The notes beneath the pieces were generated by a model. It did not search any database and was not told where the DNA came from. It was given only the letters and a program-made list of their open reading frames with translations. A stretch of DNA of 64,000 nucleotides, taken from contig NC_043005.1 in assembly GCF_006345805.1 (NCBI RefSeq), positions 74,958,001 to 75,022,000 on the forward strand. Direction: 5' to 3'. Shown here in pieces: positions 38,841-51,925 of the stretch (positions within the stretch are counted from its first letter, which is position 1; each line of letters starts with the position of its first letter). Made by a program: the position numbers and the translations under genes. This DNA is from Octopus sinensis (taxonomy: Eukaryota).

Positions 38841-41141
38841 TTATTTTATTTTTCATATTGTCATAAAACTATATTTTTTAAGGTTTTGTCAAAAGAATTT
38901 TTTTTTGTATGTGGCCAGTACTTATTTTATGTATACAACAGAGAACAAGCACAAAATAGATGTTAACAGCACCTAAACCCTCGACTTTTTCTTGATGTAT
39001 ATGGTATTTTCTGGCACACAAGTTAATGTAGTATACAGTGTAAACATGTGTAAGCATTCAAATACCTTTCCAAAATCCTGCTGCATTTCACATGGAATTT
39101 TTGGTCCTCCAAAGTCATCTTGGTGTATAAGTCAAACTTACATTCTTTGGCTGTAAATTTTGGTTTGCAAAAAGGTGGCGAGTTGGCAGAAATGTTTGCA
39201 CACCGAGTGAAATGCTGAGCGGTATTTTGTCCGCCGTTATGTTCTGAGTTCAAATTCCACCGAGGTCGACTTTGCATTTCATCCTTTTGGGGTCAATAAA
39301 TTAAGTACAAGTTACGCACTGGGGTCAATGTAATTGACTTAATACCTATGTCTGTTCTTGTTTGTCCCCTCTGTGTTTAGCCCTTTGTGGGCAATAAAGA
39401 AATAAAAAAAAATTTGGTTTGCAGAATTTGACTTGTATGCCAGAAAATATGGTAAATACTTCAATGCATTTAGGCAGGAACTTTACTCTTTTTTATGTTA
39501 CTATCAGTATCTGATTTTTTACCTCTTGACAAATTCCATCCAAAATATCACTTAACCCTTTCATTACCAAATCGGCTGAAACCGGCTCTGGCTCTGTAGT
39601 ACAAATGTCTTAGTTTCAAAAGTTCTGAATTAAAATCTTCCACCAAATCTTTGTCACAATTTATGTTCCTAACACTGGCTGAATGATAACGAAGTTATTT
39701 TACTAAATTCTTTGTTATATTTAAAGAAATTGAAAGAAACACAGAGCATCTCAAAATAAATATGGTAACGAAAGCGTTAATCAAAACAAAATGCCTTAAT
39801 CCTCATCAACAATCATTAGTCAACTGATTCATACATAACATCACTCTGCATCTATCTAGTCTTCATCACTCTTCATTACTTTGAATGACTTTCTATTGTG
39901 AAATTATAATTCCTAGTTTCAATTTCTAAAATATAAAACTAAATTAACTCAGTGACGAACTAGTTTCTTCTTGTTTTTATGTTTTGGTTTTTAAATTCTA
40001 ATTGTAAATTAATTTTTGTGTCTTCCATAGTTTTTGAATTAAATTAATATATTTTTCATACTTCTCCATTTTGTGTTTTTGTTGTTTCTTGTTTTGAATA
40101 TAAAATAAAAAGTTATTGAGAAGGTTTAAAGGTTAATGCTTATACTATTTACTATTTTACTTGTTTCAGTCATTTGACTGCGGCCATGCTGGAGCACCGC
40201 CTTTAGTCGAGCTAATCAACCCCAGGACTTATTCTTTGGGATACTAGTATTTATTCTATCAGTCTATTTTGCCAAACCGCTAAGTTACGGGGACATAAAC
40301 ACACCAGCATCGGTTGTCAAGTGATGTTGTAGGGACAAACATACACACACACACACATATATATATAGATATATACAATGGGCTTTTTTGAGTTTCCATC
40401 TACCAAATCCACTCACAAGTCTTTGGTTGGCCTGAGGCTATAGTAGAAGACACTTGCCCAAGGTGCCACGCAGTGGGACTGAACCCGGAACCATGTGGTT
40501 GGTAAGCAAGCCACTTACCACACAGCCCTTTACAAAAACAAAACCTTTCAGCCTAAAATGTTCACTTTCTGTGTATAAAACTGTAAACATGCTGGTTTAT
40601 TATGTCATTATCATCATCATGTCACCACCACCATCATCATCACCATCATATCACCACAATTACTAATACTACCACCACTACCACCACCATCACCACAATT
40701 ACTAATAACACCACCACCGCCATCACCACAATTATTAATACCACCACTACCACCACCGTCATCACTACCATCATTTTCATTAACCTCATCATCATCAGCT
40801 TCATATCTAATTTTCCATGCAGGAATAATTGAGTGAGAGCCTACTCACTGTATTTCATTATGTTATGGCTGTTTTTATCCCTCACAGAGGAAAACAAATT
40901 TCAAATTACATTTCCTTTGTGTTCCACGTCATTGACTGTTGTACTCTTTTGGTTCCTTACTAGTTTCAGTTGTTGGACTGTAGCTATGCTAAACCACTGC
41001 CTTCAAAGATTATAGTTGTTCATATCAACCCTGTATCAAACTCTATTTGTCAAACTGCTAAGTGGTACTTTGGGCAAGTGTTTGATATAGCCTTGGCTGA
41101 CAAAAGCCTTGTTGAGTGGATTTAGTGAATAGAAACTGAAT

Positions 41142-41522
41142 TAAGGCAGTGAGCTGGCAGAAAAGTTAGCATGCCGGGCGAAATGCCTAGCAGTATTTCG
41201 TCTGCCGTTACGTTCTGAGTTTAAATTCCGCCGAGGTCGACCTTGCCTTTCATCCTTTTGGGGTCGATTAAATAAATACCAGTTACACACCCGGGTCGAT
41301 ACAATCGACTTAATCCATTTGTCTGTCCTTGTTTGACCTCTCTGTGTTTAGCCCCTTGTGGGTTGTAAAGAAATAGGTATTTCGTCTGCCGTTACTTTCT
41401 GAGTTCAAATTCCACCAAGGTCGACTTTGCCTTTCATCCTTTCGGGGGTCGATAAATTAAGTACCAGTTACGCTCTGGAGTCGATGTAATCGACTTAATC
41501 CCTTTGTCTGTCCTTGTTTGTC
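41142..41522 (+). mobile_element. tRNA-derived SINE family A (tandem dimer copy)
   Basis: A box ggcagtgagctggcag, B box gagttcaaattcc, core gcctttcatccttt.ggggtcgata; copies at 1-322(-), 1462-1680, 3960-4205(-), 8135-8558(-), 12656-12888, 18070-18290, 22030-22470, 30590-30970(-), 35633-35800, 36417-36620, 37750-37970, 39173-39405, 52338-52538(-), 54765-55090(-), 62200-62390(-), 62990-63175(-). Confidence 0.9.
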
Positions 41523-42276
41523 CCCTCTGTGTTTAGCCCCTTCATCATCATCATCATCGTTTAACGTCTGCTTTCCATGCTAGCATGGTTTGGACAATTT
41601 TGACTGAGGGCTGGCGAACCAGATGGCTGCACCAGACTCCAGGGCAATAAAGAAATAAGAAACTGAAAGAAGCCCATTGTATATATACATACATTCACAT
41701 ACATATGTATACCCCAAAAAGACATGGGATGAGGTAGTGAAATATGATCTTCAAATGTTGGGCCTAACGAAGGTGATGACAAGTGACTGAGACCTTTGAT
41801 GATATTCTGTTCATGAGAAGACTCATCAAGCCAAGTGAAATCATAGCTGTGGCTGTCACCTGTGACATGTGAATGGCACTCGTGAAATCATAATTGTGGT
41901 CACTGCCAATGTCATGTAAATAGCACCTATTGCTCTCTCGAAGTGGTTGGCATTAGGAAGGGCATCCAGCTATAGAAATCAGACTGGAGCCTGGTTCAAT
42001 CCTCCAGCTTACCAGTTCCAAAGCCGGGTGGATAATCTATAAAACATGTACACATCCTTATGGTCACACACACATCCAATGTCAGCATGGAAAACGGAGT
42101 TTAAATAATGATCCATACAGACAGACATGCACACATACACAGTAACACATCCATACAGTTACACATACACATCCTCATGTATACACAAACGTGTGTATCT
42201 ATCTATCTATATACATACACACACACACACATATATATATACATACATACATACATACATATATACATACATATAT

Positions 42277-42321
<45 letters not shown>

Positions 42322-43017
42322 CATACATACATACATACATACATACATACATACATACATACATACAGACACATGCACATACACACACATATATATATAT
42401 TATATACAAGAACACTGCTACTGAATACTATTAGAAATAATACATACTTCTAAAATTTGCAATTGTTAAAGTAAAATTTGGCTTTCATTTGTTTGATTAT
42501 GAACAATAATGTGAATTTTGTCTCCCACAGCTGCTACAATTTGCATAGTTTATGTGCTAGACAGATGCTACACGAATGTTCAGCATGTTAGCGCTTTAGT
42601 AGATGTTGACTTATTCAATAATTTCTAATAGGTATGCAAATTAATCCTCGTGTGTGCTCTTCATGCCATAAGAAGGAATATTTAACTCATTAACAGTAGC
42701 TGGTTGGTTAGATTAAGAAACTTATAGTCTTTAGGTGATCAGCCGAAATCCTGAATAATTCATAATGGTGTATTCTTTACAAAGTTTGCTTCTCTACTTG
42801 TCAAAGTCTACTCAGGTTGAAAATAAATACTTGCGCCAGAAACAAGATACATCCAGTAACTTCTTGGATAACAGGGGGATGCTTAAAAAATATGACCCAA
42901 ATCGAGTTTCCTGTCTTACTTGCAATGTTAAAGCTTCTAATTTGATAGTTGAAATTCATCAGGTCTCTCTGGTGTAGGGATATCATGGCTCACTAGCAAA
43001 ACAAATTTCTTTTCACA

Positions 43018-43590
43018 TGTAAGGAATATGTGAATATCTCCTCTTGCACTTTTGGGGTGCAAGTTGGTGCAATCACTTTCCGTTGCTTTTATATCCAGAC
43101 TCTACCAGTCAAAGAAACTCAAAAGGCAGACGTAAAAAATAGATATACTTTATTGTTTTATACCGGTGAGAAATCAGTGGTATATCTGATGTCCTTGGTT
43201 CTGGGCGCGCAAGGCTGAAAGTTAATCGATTGTAATATTTACAATGTTCAGCCGCTAAAAACAGAACGGGTCAAAATGGCGTCCGGAGGAAGAAGATGAT
43301 GTCTGCAACAATTCAGGTTAAAAGTCTTCGGCCAAAAGACTGCTGCTATCAAAACCGGAGAGAGAGCGAATTAAACGTCTGCTTTGGTGAAATGCCTGCC
43401 GCTGTCTGTCGGACGCTAATGGTCAACGCTTTATGCTCCCTTGCCTCTTTGTTAAGGCTCACGCTCCCTTGCCTCTTTGTTAAGGCTCGCGCTCCCTTGC
43501 TAAGGCCACGTCAGCAAAATTCCCTCTTTCGGACTTCGTGTATTCGCGAGAGGGCGTTGCGCGCGCGCGCTGTTGTATAGGATCACTACA
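43018..43590 (-). mobile_element. Solo LTR (573 bp) with TGTA...TACA ends and 4-bp TSD CACA
   Basis: CACA at 43014-43017 and 43591-43594; CpG-rich; AATAAA on the minus strand at 43149-43154; about 28-bp tandem repeats at 43434-43505. Confidence 0.75.
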
Positions 43591-45599
43591 CACACTTGCG
43601 AGACCGAAATTCTAATTTGATGGTTGAAAGTCACCAACGCCTGCTACTTGCTGCATCCTTCCAAATCATCCAACTCGTGCCAACAATGAACATGGACATT
43701 AAATGACGACGATGATGATGATGATGAAATTAAATGAAAAGTCATTAGTGTTAATGGTAAGTTTATTAGGTGTAGGAATGGCTGTGTGGTAAGTAGCTTG
43801 CTTACGAACTTCATGGTTCCAGGTTCAGTCCCACTACATGGCAACTTGGGCAAGTGTCTTCTACTATAGCCTCGGGCCGACCAAAGCCTTGTGAGTGGAT
43901 TTGGTAGACGGAAACTGAAAGAAGCCCATCGTATATATGTATATGTATATAATGTATGTGTGTGTGTCTATATGTTTGCATGTCTGTATTTGTCACCCCA
44001 ACATTGCTTGACAACCGATGCTCATGTGTTTATGTCCCCGTCACTTAGCGGTTCAGCAAAGGAGCCCGATAGTACTAGGCTTACAAAGAATAAGTCCTGG
44101 GGTCGATTTGCTCAACAAAAGGTGGTGCTCCAGCAAGGCCACAGTCAAATGACTGAAACAAGTAAAAGGGTAAAATGAGCAACGGACAAAACTCCAAAAT
44201 TCAAATTGATTAAAATTTAAATGAAGATTTTTGATTTTTGGTAAGTATGGTGACAATTTCCAACATTTTTGTTTTATCAAACCCCCACTCAAATCGCAAA
44301 ACAACTTTACTACAAGCAAAGTACCCCCTCCCAGAACACTATTAGAAGAACATAATTTCTCCTCATCCAACACACACACACAGAAATAGCTGCAGTATCA
44401 ATAACCTCATTAGGTCAAACTCTGTTCTGGGATTCACATCACCAACAATAAGTACATAGGAAAAACAGCTCCCACATTTGTGTAAATGTTTTGCTCATCT
44501 CTGCTGAAATACCAGAATAAAATCATTCAGAAATAGTCTGGACAACAGGTACAGGCATCGTTGTATAGTTATGAAATTTGCTTACCAACCACTGGGTTTT
44601 AATTTTAGTCTCTCTGCATGACACCTTAGGCAAGTGTTTTAAACTATAGCTCTGGACTAACCAAGGCCTTGTAAGTGGATTTAGCAGATGGAAACTGAAA
44701 GAAGCCTGTCATGTGTATACACACACACATGCACGCATATACATGCATGCACACATATACATATACATAGGCACAGATGCAACTGTGTGGTAGGAAGCTT
44801 GCTTCCCAACGACATGGTTAATTCAGTTGACTAAAAATTCTTTAAGATGGTGCCCTAACATGGTCACGGTCTAATGAGTGAAACAAGGAAAAATAATATA
44901 AAAGACCTCAGGAAGCTGAACCTTTCAGGTGAGATGACAAAGGTCTGAAATACCTGGCACCTGGCTGTACGCAAGAAGATCCGTACCCCACATCAGAAGT
45001 GTTAAGACCAATCCTCCTGGTTGTGTAAAGCATTCATGGCGCTGCCACGTAGAAGCGCCCATGCAGCATCATGTAAAAGAGCCAGTATGGTGCTATGTAA
45101 AAGCCCCTGGGTAGTGCCTTGTAAGAGCATCCAGCACACTCTGTAAAGTGGTTGGCATCTGGAAGGGCATCAAGCTGTAGAAACCATGCCAGATTAGACT
45201 GGAGTCTGGTGCAGCCCTACCAGCTTGCCAGCTCTGGTCACACCATCCAACTCATGCCAGCTTGGACAACAGGCGTTAAATGATGATGATGATATACATA
45301 CATATATCACAGAGGCAGTGATAAGTGACCTAGACCTTTGGCAATATGTTGTGCTTGATAAGATCCATGAAGCCAAGTGAAATTATAGTCATGTCTGATG
45401 CCGGTGGCACGTAAAAAGCACCAAGTACACTCTCGGAGTGATTGGCGTTAGGAAGGGCATCCAGCTGTAGAAACCATGCCAAATAAGAGTGGAACCTGGT
45501 GTAGCCCTACAGCTTACCAATTCCAGCCAAACCATCTAACCCATGCCAGCATGGAAAGCAGGTGCTGAATGATGATGCTGATAATGATCACACACACAC

Positions 45600-45665
<66 letters not shown>

Positions 45666-46440
45666 TGTATATACCGGTGTACAGGACGGAATTTGAACTT
45701 TTAAAAAATCACCCCAAAACTAGGAATCGTCTTATACACCGTAGAAAATCTGAACCATAACTTCTTGTGGTTCAGAGTAGCACCACTCTCAGTGGAGAAC
45801 AGTGTAAAGCACTCACATAGACCCTATGGGTCTGCAGAGCAGTATTTTCTACTGATATATGCACATATCGATGGAGAACACCGTAACGTAAAACACTCAC
45901 ATAGATCCTATGGTTCTACACGTATGTTTGTGAAACTGGATTGATAAATAAGATTATATTAAAATAACAACACAACGAAACAGCCGACAAACGGAAAATG
46001 TAAACAATCAGTCTGCTCAGCAGGTCCCAGCATCCATTCTGTTTACACTGCTTCGTTAGATCACACTCTCTTTCAGCGCTCAGCCAGCCGAGGGCTTTCG
46101 AGACAAGTGTAGTTACCTTCTGTGACTGGCCAGTTCGTGTCAGTGAGACCAATTACAATAAACCCTACAGTTACCAGTTACTTTTAAACATTTACAGATA
46201 GGATTTCTTGAAAAGGATCAAGCTGTCACTCTTTCATTAGCAGCAGTACGCTCATTGGGTGAACATTAATTTACACCTGTGAAACCCCATCATGTCTCCA
46301 AGTGATAAACGAAGGAAATATGAAACTGGTTTTAAGCTGAAAGTGGTAGCATACTCCAAGTTCCACAACAACTGTGCTACTGCGAGAGAATACGGTGTAA
46401 CCGAGAAGATGGTAAGAGTTTGGAGATTAAAGGAAGACTT

Positions 46441-46650
46441 GGCAATCTTTCGGTACAAGTACCATAACTGCCAATTACTGTTTGTTTACATTTGAAGAAG
46501 AATATCGTCACTTTCCGTAAGGTTTTTTTTTTATATATGTGGGGTTGGAGTTAGGGTTAGTGGGAAGGGTTTCTTTTTTTCTTCAGAAATGTAAATAAAC
46601 CCATGTGGGTTTATAATTGGCAGTTATGGTACTTGTACCGAAAGATCGCC
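46441..46650. mobile_element. 210-bp MITE with 37-bp TIRs and 8-bp TSD (Merlin-like)
   Basis: TIR ggcaatctttcggtacaagtaccataactgccaatta (46441-46477) vs 46614-46650, 1 mismatch; GAAGACTT duplicated at 46433-46440 and 46651-46658. Confidence 0.88.
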
Positions 46651-46763
46651 GAAGACTTATTGATGAGTATACTCAGGACAAAATGAGAAGAGGCACTGCA
46701 CACTGGCCGATTCTAGAGAAACATGTAACTGATATAGTCGGTGAGCAGCGTCGTTTTATGAAA

Positions 46764-47160
46764 TCTTTATATATAAAAGTGAAGTTGTGTGTCTGTCTCC
46801 TATGATTTAGATTCCTAACTACTCCCACATTTTGCAGTGCAGTGTAACCAAAAGCGGGTATCTTATAGTCGTGATTCATATCGAGCCCTTCTGGGTATTA
46901 GCGCGCGTCTACGATGAGTCTACGATTAAAAAAAAAATTACCATCATTTTTTCCCATTTTTAATGCATTTTTTGCTATTATATAAGGGAAGTAACTCTCT
47001 AAAAATGTATTATTAAATCTCAGTACGTAAAAAGCTACAGTAACACCCCCCCCCCTTTGTGGTTAGCCATATTGAGATGGCTATTATACTTTACATCTCT
47101 AAAAATGCTAATATAGTTATTTCCCTTACAAACCCGAGCAACGCCGGGCGATACTGCTAG
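46764..47160 (+). mobile_element. Non-autonomous Helitron inside the pogo ORF
   Basis: 5' TC, 3' CTAG, cccgagcaacgccggg hairpin before the end, inserted between A and T, no TSD. Confidence 0.92.
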
Positions 47161-47945
47161 TAAAATATGTATTTGTGCATGAGTGGGCTAAAGCTAATAA
47201 AGAGCACAGCAAAGACTTTAAAGACACTGCTTCATGGTGTAGTTGCTTCGTGAAAAGAAATGATTTTGTAATGAGACAGAAAACTAAAATATCACAGAAA
47301 TTACCAGTAAGTCTTGACGGTAAAATTACCAATTTCCATCGCTACATAATACAACTGCGTAAGAGACATAATTATCTATTAAGTAATATCGGAAACATGG
47401 ACGAAACACCCATAAACTTTGGTATTGTCGGTAATAGAGCTTTAAATACAAAGGGCACAAAAGCAGTGTTGGTGAAAACAACAGGGCATGAAAAGACAAG
47501 ATTTACGGTAGCACTTTGAAGCATGGCAGATGGAACAAAGCTCAAACCAATGATAATTTTCCAAGAAGAAAACTATGTCTAAAATCAAGGATTGTTTACA
47601 ACTTGACCCAGAAACGAAAATGAGAAAAGAATAGTGCAATGGGTGTAGAAAAATGTGTAGGAAACGAATATAAAAAATAAAAAAAATGCGAGCAAAGCAA
47701 CGGGGGGTGGATGGAGGGGAGAGGATCTCGGAAAATTTATAAGATCCGAGTTTTATCCCACATAACTTTTAGTAAAATGGGTTTTTTTTTGCAATGAAGT
47801 TTTATATAAATACCTTTCAAAAGGCATACATTACGATTATAAAGAAATTTGTGGGTAAAATATTTTCCAAGGGGTGAGGAGAGGAATTCGGAAAATTCAC
47901 AAGGCCCGAGTTTTCCATCATAAATGGATATATATATATATATTA

Positions 47946-50415
47946 GAAGTAGGGTGAGGATTCTCCCTAAAAAAAGTCCATCGCTCCAAGAAAGTGGGCC
48001 GACCACGCATCAACACCGCCAGAACCTCGGACCCTACACTGCGAAAATGTTTTGCTGCTTCTATCAAGGTTGCCCTCAGTAGCTGCCCAACCTCCTCTGC
48101 TGAAAGTAGGTGGGACTATATCAGGGAAGCCTTGTATACGACATCATTGGATACTTTCGGCATGAGAGAAAGGCAAAACCCAGATTGGTTCAATGCTGGG
48201 CTCTCAGAGCTGGAGCCAGTTATCGAAGCAAAGTGTGCAGCTCTGGTGCAATACAAGAGTGACTCTTCTACAAAGTCACTCGAAGAACTCAGAAAGGCAC
48301 GAAATAAAACCCAACTGACAGCCAGATGCTGTGCAAATAGGTATTGGCAGGAAATCTGTCAGAGTATCCAGTCAGCTGCTGACAGGGGCGACACCCGTGG
48401 GATGTATGCTGGTTTGAAGAAGGCCCTCGGTCCATCCGCAACCAAGTCAGCCCCTCTGAAATCAACTACTGGAGACCTCATCAGGGATCAAGGCAAGCAA
48501 ATGGATAGATCGGTGGAGCACTACCAGGATCTCTACTCACGGGAGACCACAGTGGCTGAGGCTGCAGTCGAGAGTGTCAAGATCTTGCCAGTCATGTGCG
48601 AACTTGACAGTCCGCCATCTATAGCAGAGCTCACCAAGGCTGTTGACTCCCTAGCAAGAAATAAGGCTCCGGGAAAAGACGGCATCCCCTCAGAGATCAT
48701 CAAAGCCGGCAAAAACACCATCCTGCTTCGGCACCTTCATGAGCTTCTGTGTCAGTGCTGGGAAGAGGGTACAGTCCCTCAGGATATGCGGGATGCCAAC
48801 ATCATTACGCTCTACAAAAACAAAGGTGACCGTGGTGATTGTAACAATTACCGTGGTATATCCCTTCTAAGCACTGTTGGAAAGACCTTTGCCCGCGTTA
48901 TCCTGGCCAGGCTACAACTACTTGCTTCTCGAATCTATCCGGAATCGCAGTGTGGCTTTAGAAGAAGCAGATCAACTATCAATATGATATTCTCCATACG
49001 CCAACTTCAGGAGAAGTCCAGAGAGCAGAAAATGCCATTATATATGGCCTTCATTGATCTAACAAAGGCTTTTGACTCGGTAAGCAGAATAGGCCTCTTC
49101 CTCCTGCTCCAAAAAATCGGATGTCCACCGAAGCTGCTGAGGATCATCAAGTCTTTCCATGATGACATGCAAGGCACCATACAGCACAACGGTTCAACAT
49201 CAGCCGCCTTCCAAATAAAAAACGGGGTAAAGCAAGGCTGTGTCCTCGCTCCTACATTGTTTGGCATCTTCTTCTCACTCTTGCTGTCACATGCCTTTCA
49301 GACATCAGATGATGGAGTGTTTCTGCACAGTAGAAGTGACGGGAAACTGTTCAATCTCTCGCGCCTGCGTGCCAAGACCAAAATCAGAAACGTCCTGATC
49401 AAGGAGATGTTATTTGCTGATGATGCCGCTCTGGTAACACACACAGAAGAAGCCCTCCAAAGGCTCATTAACTGTTTTGAGCAAGCATGTAACGACTTTG
49501 GCTTAGCTATCAGCCTTAAGAAGACCAACATCATGGGCCAGGCTACATCGGACATCCCAAACATACATATTGGAGACCACAGATTACAAGAGGTGGAGAA
49601 GTTTACCTATCTGGGCTCTACCGTCACCTACAACCTATCCCTTGACGCTGAGCTCAATATACGCATTGGCAAGGCAGCTGCTGCGATGGCCCAACTCTCC
49701 AAACGGACCAAGACCACAAAAATGAAGATCTACCAGGCATGTGTACTCAGCACTCTACTGTATGGAAGCGAGACCTGGACGCTATACACACGCCAAGAGC
49801 GTCGCCTAAACATCTTTCACCTGCGCTGCCTCCGAAAAATCGTCCACATCAAATGGCAGAATCATATCCCCAACAAAGATGTCCTCAGGCAAGCAGGAAT
49901 ACCAAGCATGTTTGCACTCCTCACACAAAGACGTATGAGATGGCTTGGGCATGTTAGCCGTATGAAAGATGGCAGAATCCCCAAGGACATACTCTACGGA
50001 GAGCTTGCTAGGGGTACTAGGTCTGTGGGTAGACCGATCTTACGTTACAAGGATGTTTGCAAAAGGGATATGAAGGCCTGCAACATCAACATTAGCGGTT
50101 GGGAGGCAGTCGCCGGCAACCGTGGAGAATGGCGACGTACAGTAAAAGAGGGTATACAGAGGAGTGACAGAAAGAGAGAGGAGAAATGGAAAGAAAGGAA
50201 GAGACATAAACAAGAGACCATGGCACTACAACCAGCCAGGAACAGTCTTCGCTACATTTGCAGTACCTGCCAGAGGGAGTGTTTGTCCAGGATAGGACTA
50301 CACAGCCACAGCAAGAAATGTAACAGGAAATAAAATATAACAGCAGGACTAGACCTAGAAAAAAAAAAAAAAATGCGCAACTCCATTGTCTCCCGAGACA
50401 GAAAGGATGCCAAAC
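47946..50415 (+). mobile_element. 5'-truncated RTE-clade LINE; 779-aa open frame 47994-50333 with reverse transcriptase and C-terminal Cys/His motif
   Basis: RT motifs YRGISLLS, QCGFR, FIDLTKAFD, GVKQGC.LAP.LF, LFADD, FTYLGS; C-terminal CSTC...H..H..C; short 3' UTR ending ggatgccaaac; no endonuclease domain upstream. Confidence 0.95.
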
Positions 50416-50844
50416 AATATATGTATGTATGTATATATATAGGAGTGGCTGTGTGGTAAGTAGCTTGCTAACCAACCACATGGTTCCGGGTTCAATCCCA
50501 CTGCGTGGCACCTTGGGCAAGTGTTTCTGCTATAGCCCCGGGCCGACCAATGCCTTGTGAGTGGATTTGGTAGACGGAAACTGAAAGAAGCCCGTCGTAT
50601 ATATGTATAATATATATATGTGTGTGCGTGTATGTTTGTGTGTCTGTGTTTGTCCCCCTAGCATTGCTTGCCAACCGATGCTGGTGTGTTTACGTCCCCG
50701 TCACTTAGCGGTTCGGCAAAAGAGACCGATAGAATAAGTACTGGGCTTACAAAGAATAAGTCCCGGGGTCGATTTGCTCGACTAAAAGGCGGTGCTCCAG
50801 CATGGCCGCAGTCAAATGACTGAAACAAGTAAAAGAGTAAAGAG

Positions 50845-50902
50845 TATATATATAGATATATATATATATATAAAAGAGTATATATATAGATATATATATT
50901 AT

Positions 50903-50997
<95 letters not shown>

Positions 50998-51010
50998 CAG
51001 AGAGAGAGAG
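50845..51010. repeat. Long (TA)n microsatellite; many other (TA)n/(CA)n/(TACA)n/(AAT)n/(GAT)n tracts, e.g. 630-710, 950-1050, 2170-2320, 10130-10330, 10520-10575, 13625-13725, 40600-40790, 42200-42400, 59050-59160, 61810-62045
   Basis: Direct inspection. Confidence 0.95.
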
Positions 51011-51769
51011 AATGTAATAAGAAGTGAATGAGAATGACGACGGAAGGGTTAAAAAAGAGTGAAAATAATTGAAGATAAAATGAAACAAGATTGAAGCCAA
51101 AACATTAAAAATTATTGAAAGTGGGTATAAATAAACTCTAAGTAGTGTAGTAGTACTACGCTAGGGTATCTGTAGAAAGCTGAATGTGATTTCGGAATAT
51201 AACAAGGAAAAATTCGGATCTTGGGAATTTTACGAAAGTCCTCTCCCCACCTCAAGATTTTCCCCACAAATTACTTTATAATTGTAATGTATGTCGTTTG
51301 GACGATACTTATATAAAATTTCATTGAAAAAAACTCCCATTTTCCTAAAAGTTATGAAGGAAAAACTCGGATCGTGTGAATTTTCCGAGGTCCTCTCCCC
51401 ACCCTCCCGTTGCTTTGAGCGCATTTTTTTTTCATAAATCAAGTTCCCAGCTGGAGTTTTTGTTCAGGTCAATGAAAACGGGTGAATGAATAAACAAGGA
51501 ATAAAGTTATGATTTGACTGTGTATGGTGTAAGCGACCTGGTGGATTTAGAAAACAGCGGAGCTTCTAGGTATGGGATATGTTTAAGTGTCACTCAACAG
51601 AGGGAACAAAGAAACACATGACCAGGAACAACAGTCGCATGACAATTATTACTGGTGGTTGTACAACTTCAGTTCAGTTGTACAACCATTCGATGTTTGA
51701 ACAAACCATTCAAGTACCACGTTCGTGAATAAAGGAATGAGTGGATGATTAGTGGCAGAAAATTTGGTA

Positions 51770-51925
51770 CTACTAGCGCTAGCTAGTCATGACTAGTCGA
51801 TCCTACAACGACTACCTAGCAAAGTAAATAAAACACAAAAACACAAAGGATCAACTAGTCATGACTAGCTAGCGCGGATGCACGAGTATGCGAGTGCGCG
51901 CACCGGGACCACTCTTCTTAAGTAG
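51770..51925. mobile_element. 156-bp TA-flanked palindromic insertion in the pogo ORF
   Basis: TA on both sides, ctact/agtag ends, 29-bp internal inverted repeat 51776-51804 / 51847-51875. Confidence 0.6.

Larger units (their letters stand above)
47590..51435. mobile_element. Insertion bounded by an 8-bp direct repeat and about 230-bp sub-terminal inverted repeats, hosting the RTE LINE, a SINE and (TA)n
   Basis: AAATCAAG at 47582-47589 and 51436-51443; inverted repeats about 47679-47916 and 51206-51432; the pogo frame (TMSKIK|FPAG) rejoins across it. Confidence 0.7.

Noticed and set aside
47994-50333. Host gene or autonomous active LINE
   Set aside because: Retrotransposon RT with no genuine start codon, no endonuclease domain and a frameshift just upstream
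51657-51687. 12-bp hairpin as a transposon excision footprint
   Set aside because: More simply a short duplication of the palindromic 10-mer gttgtacaac within the pogo ORF
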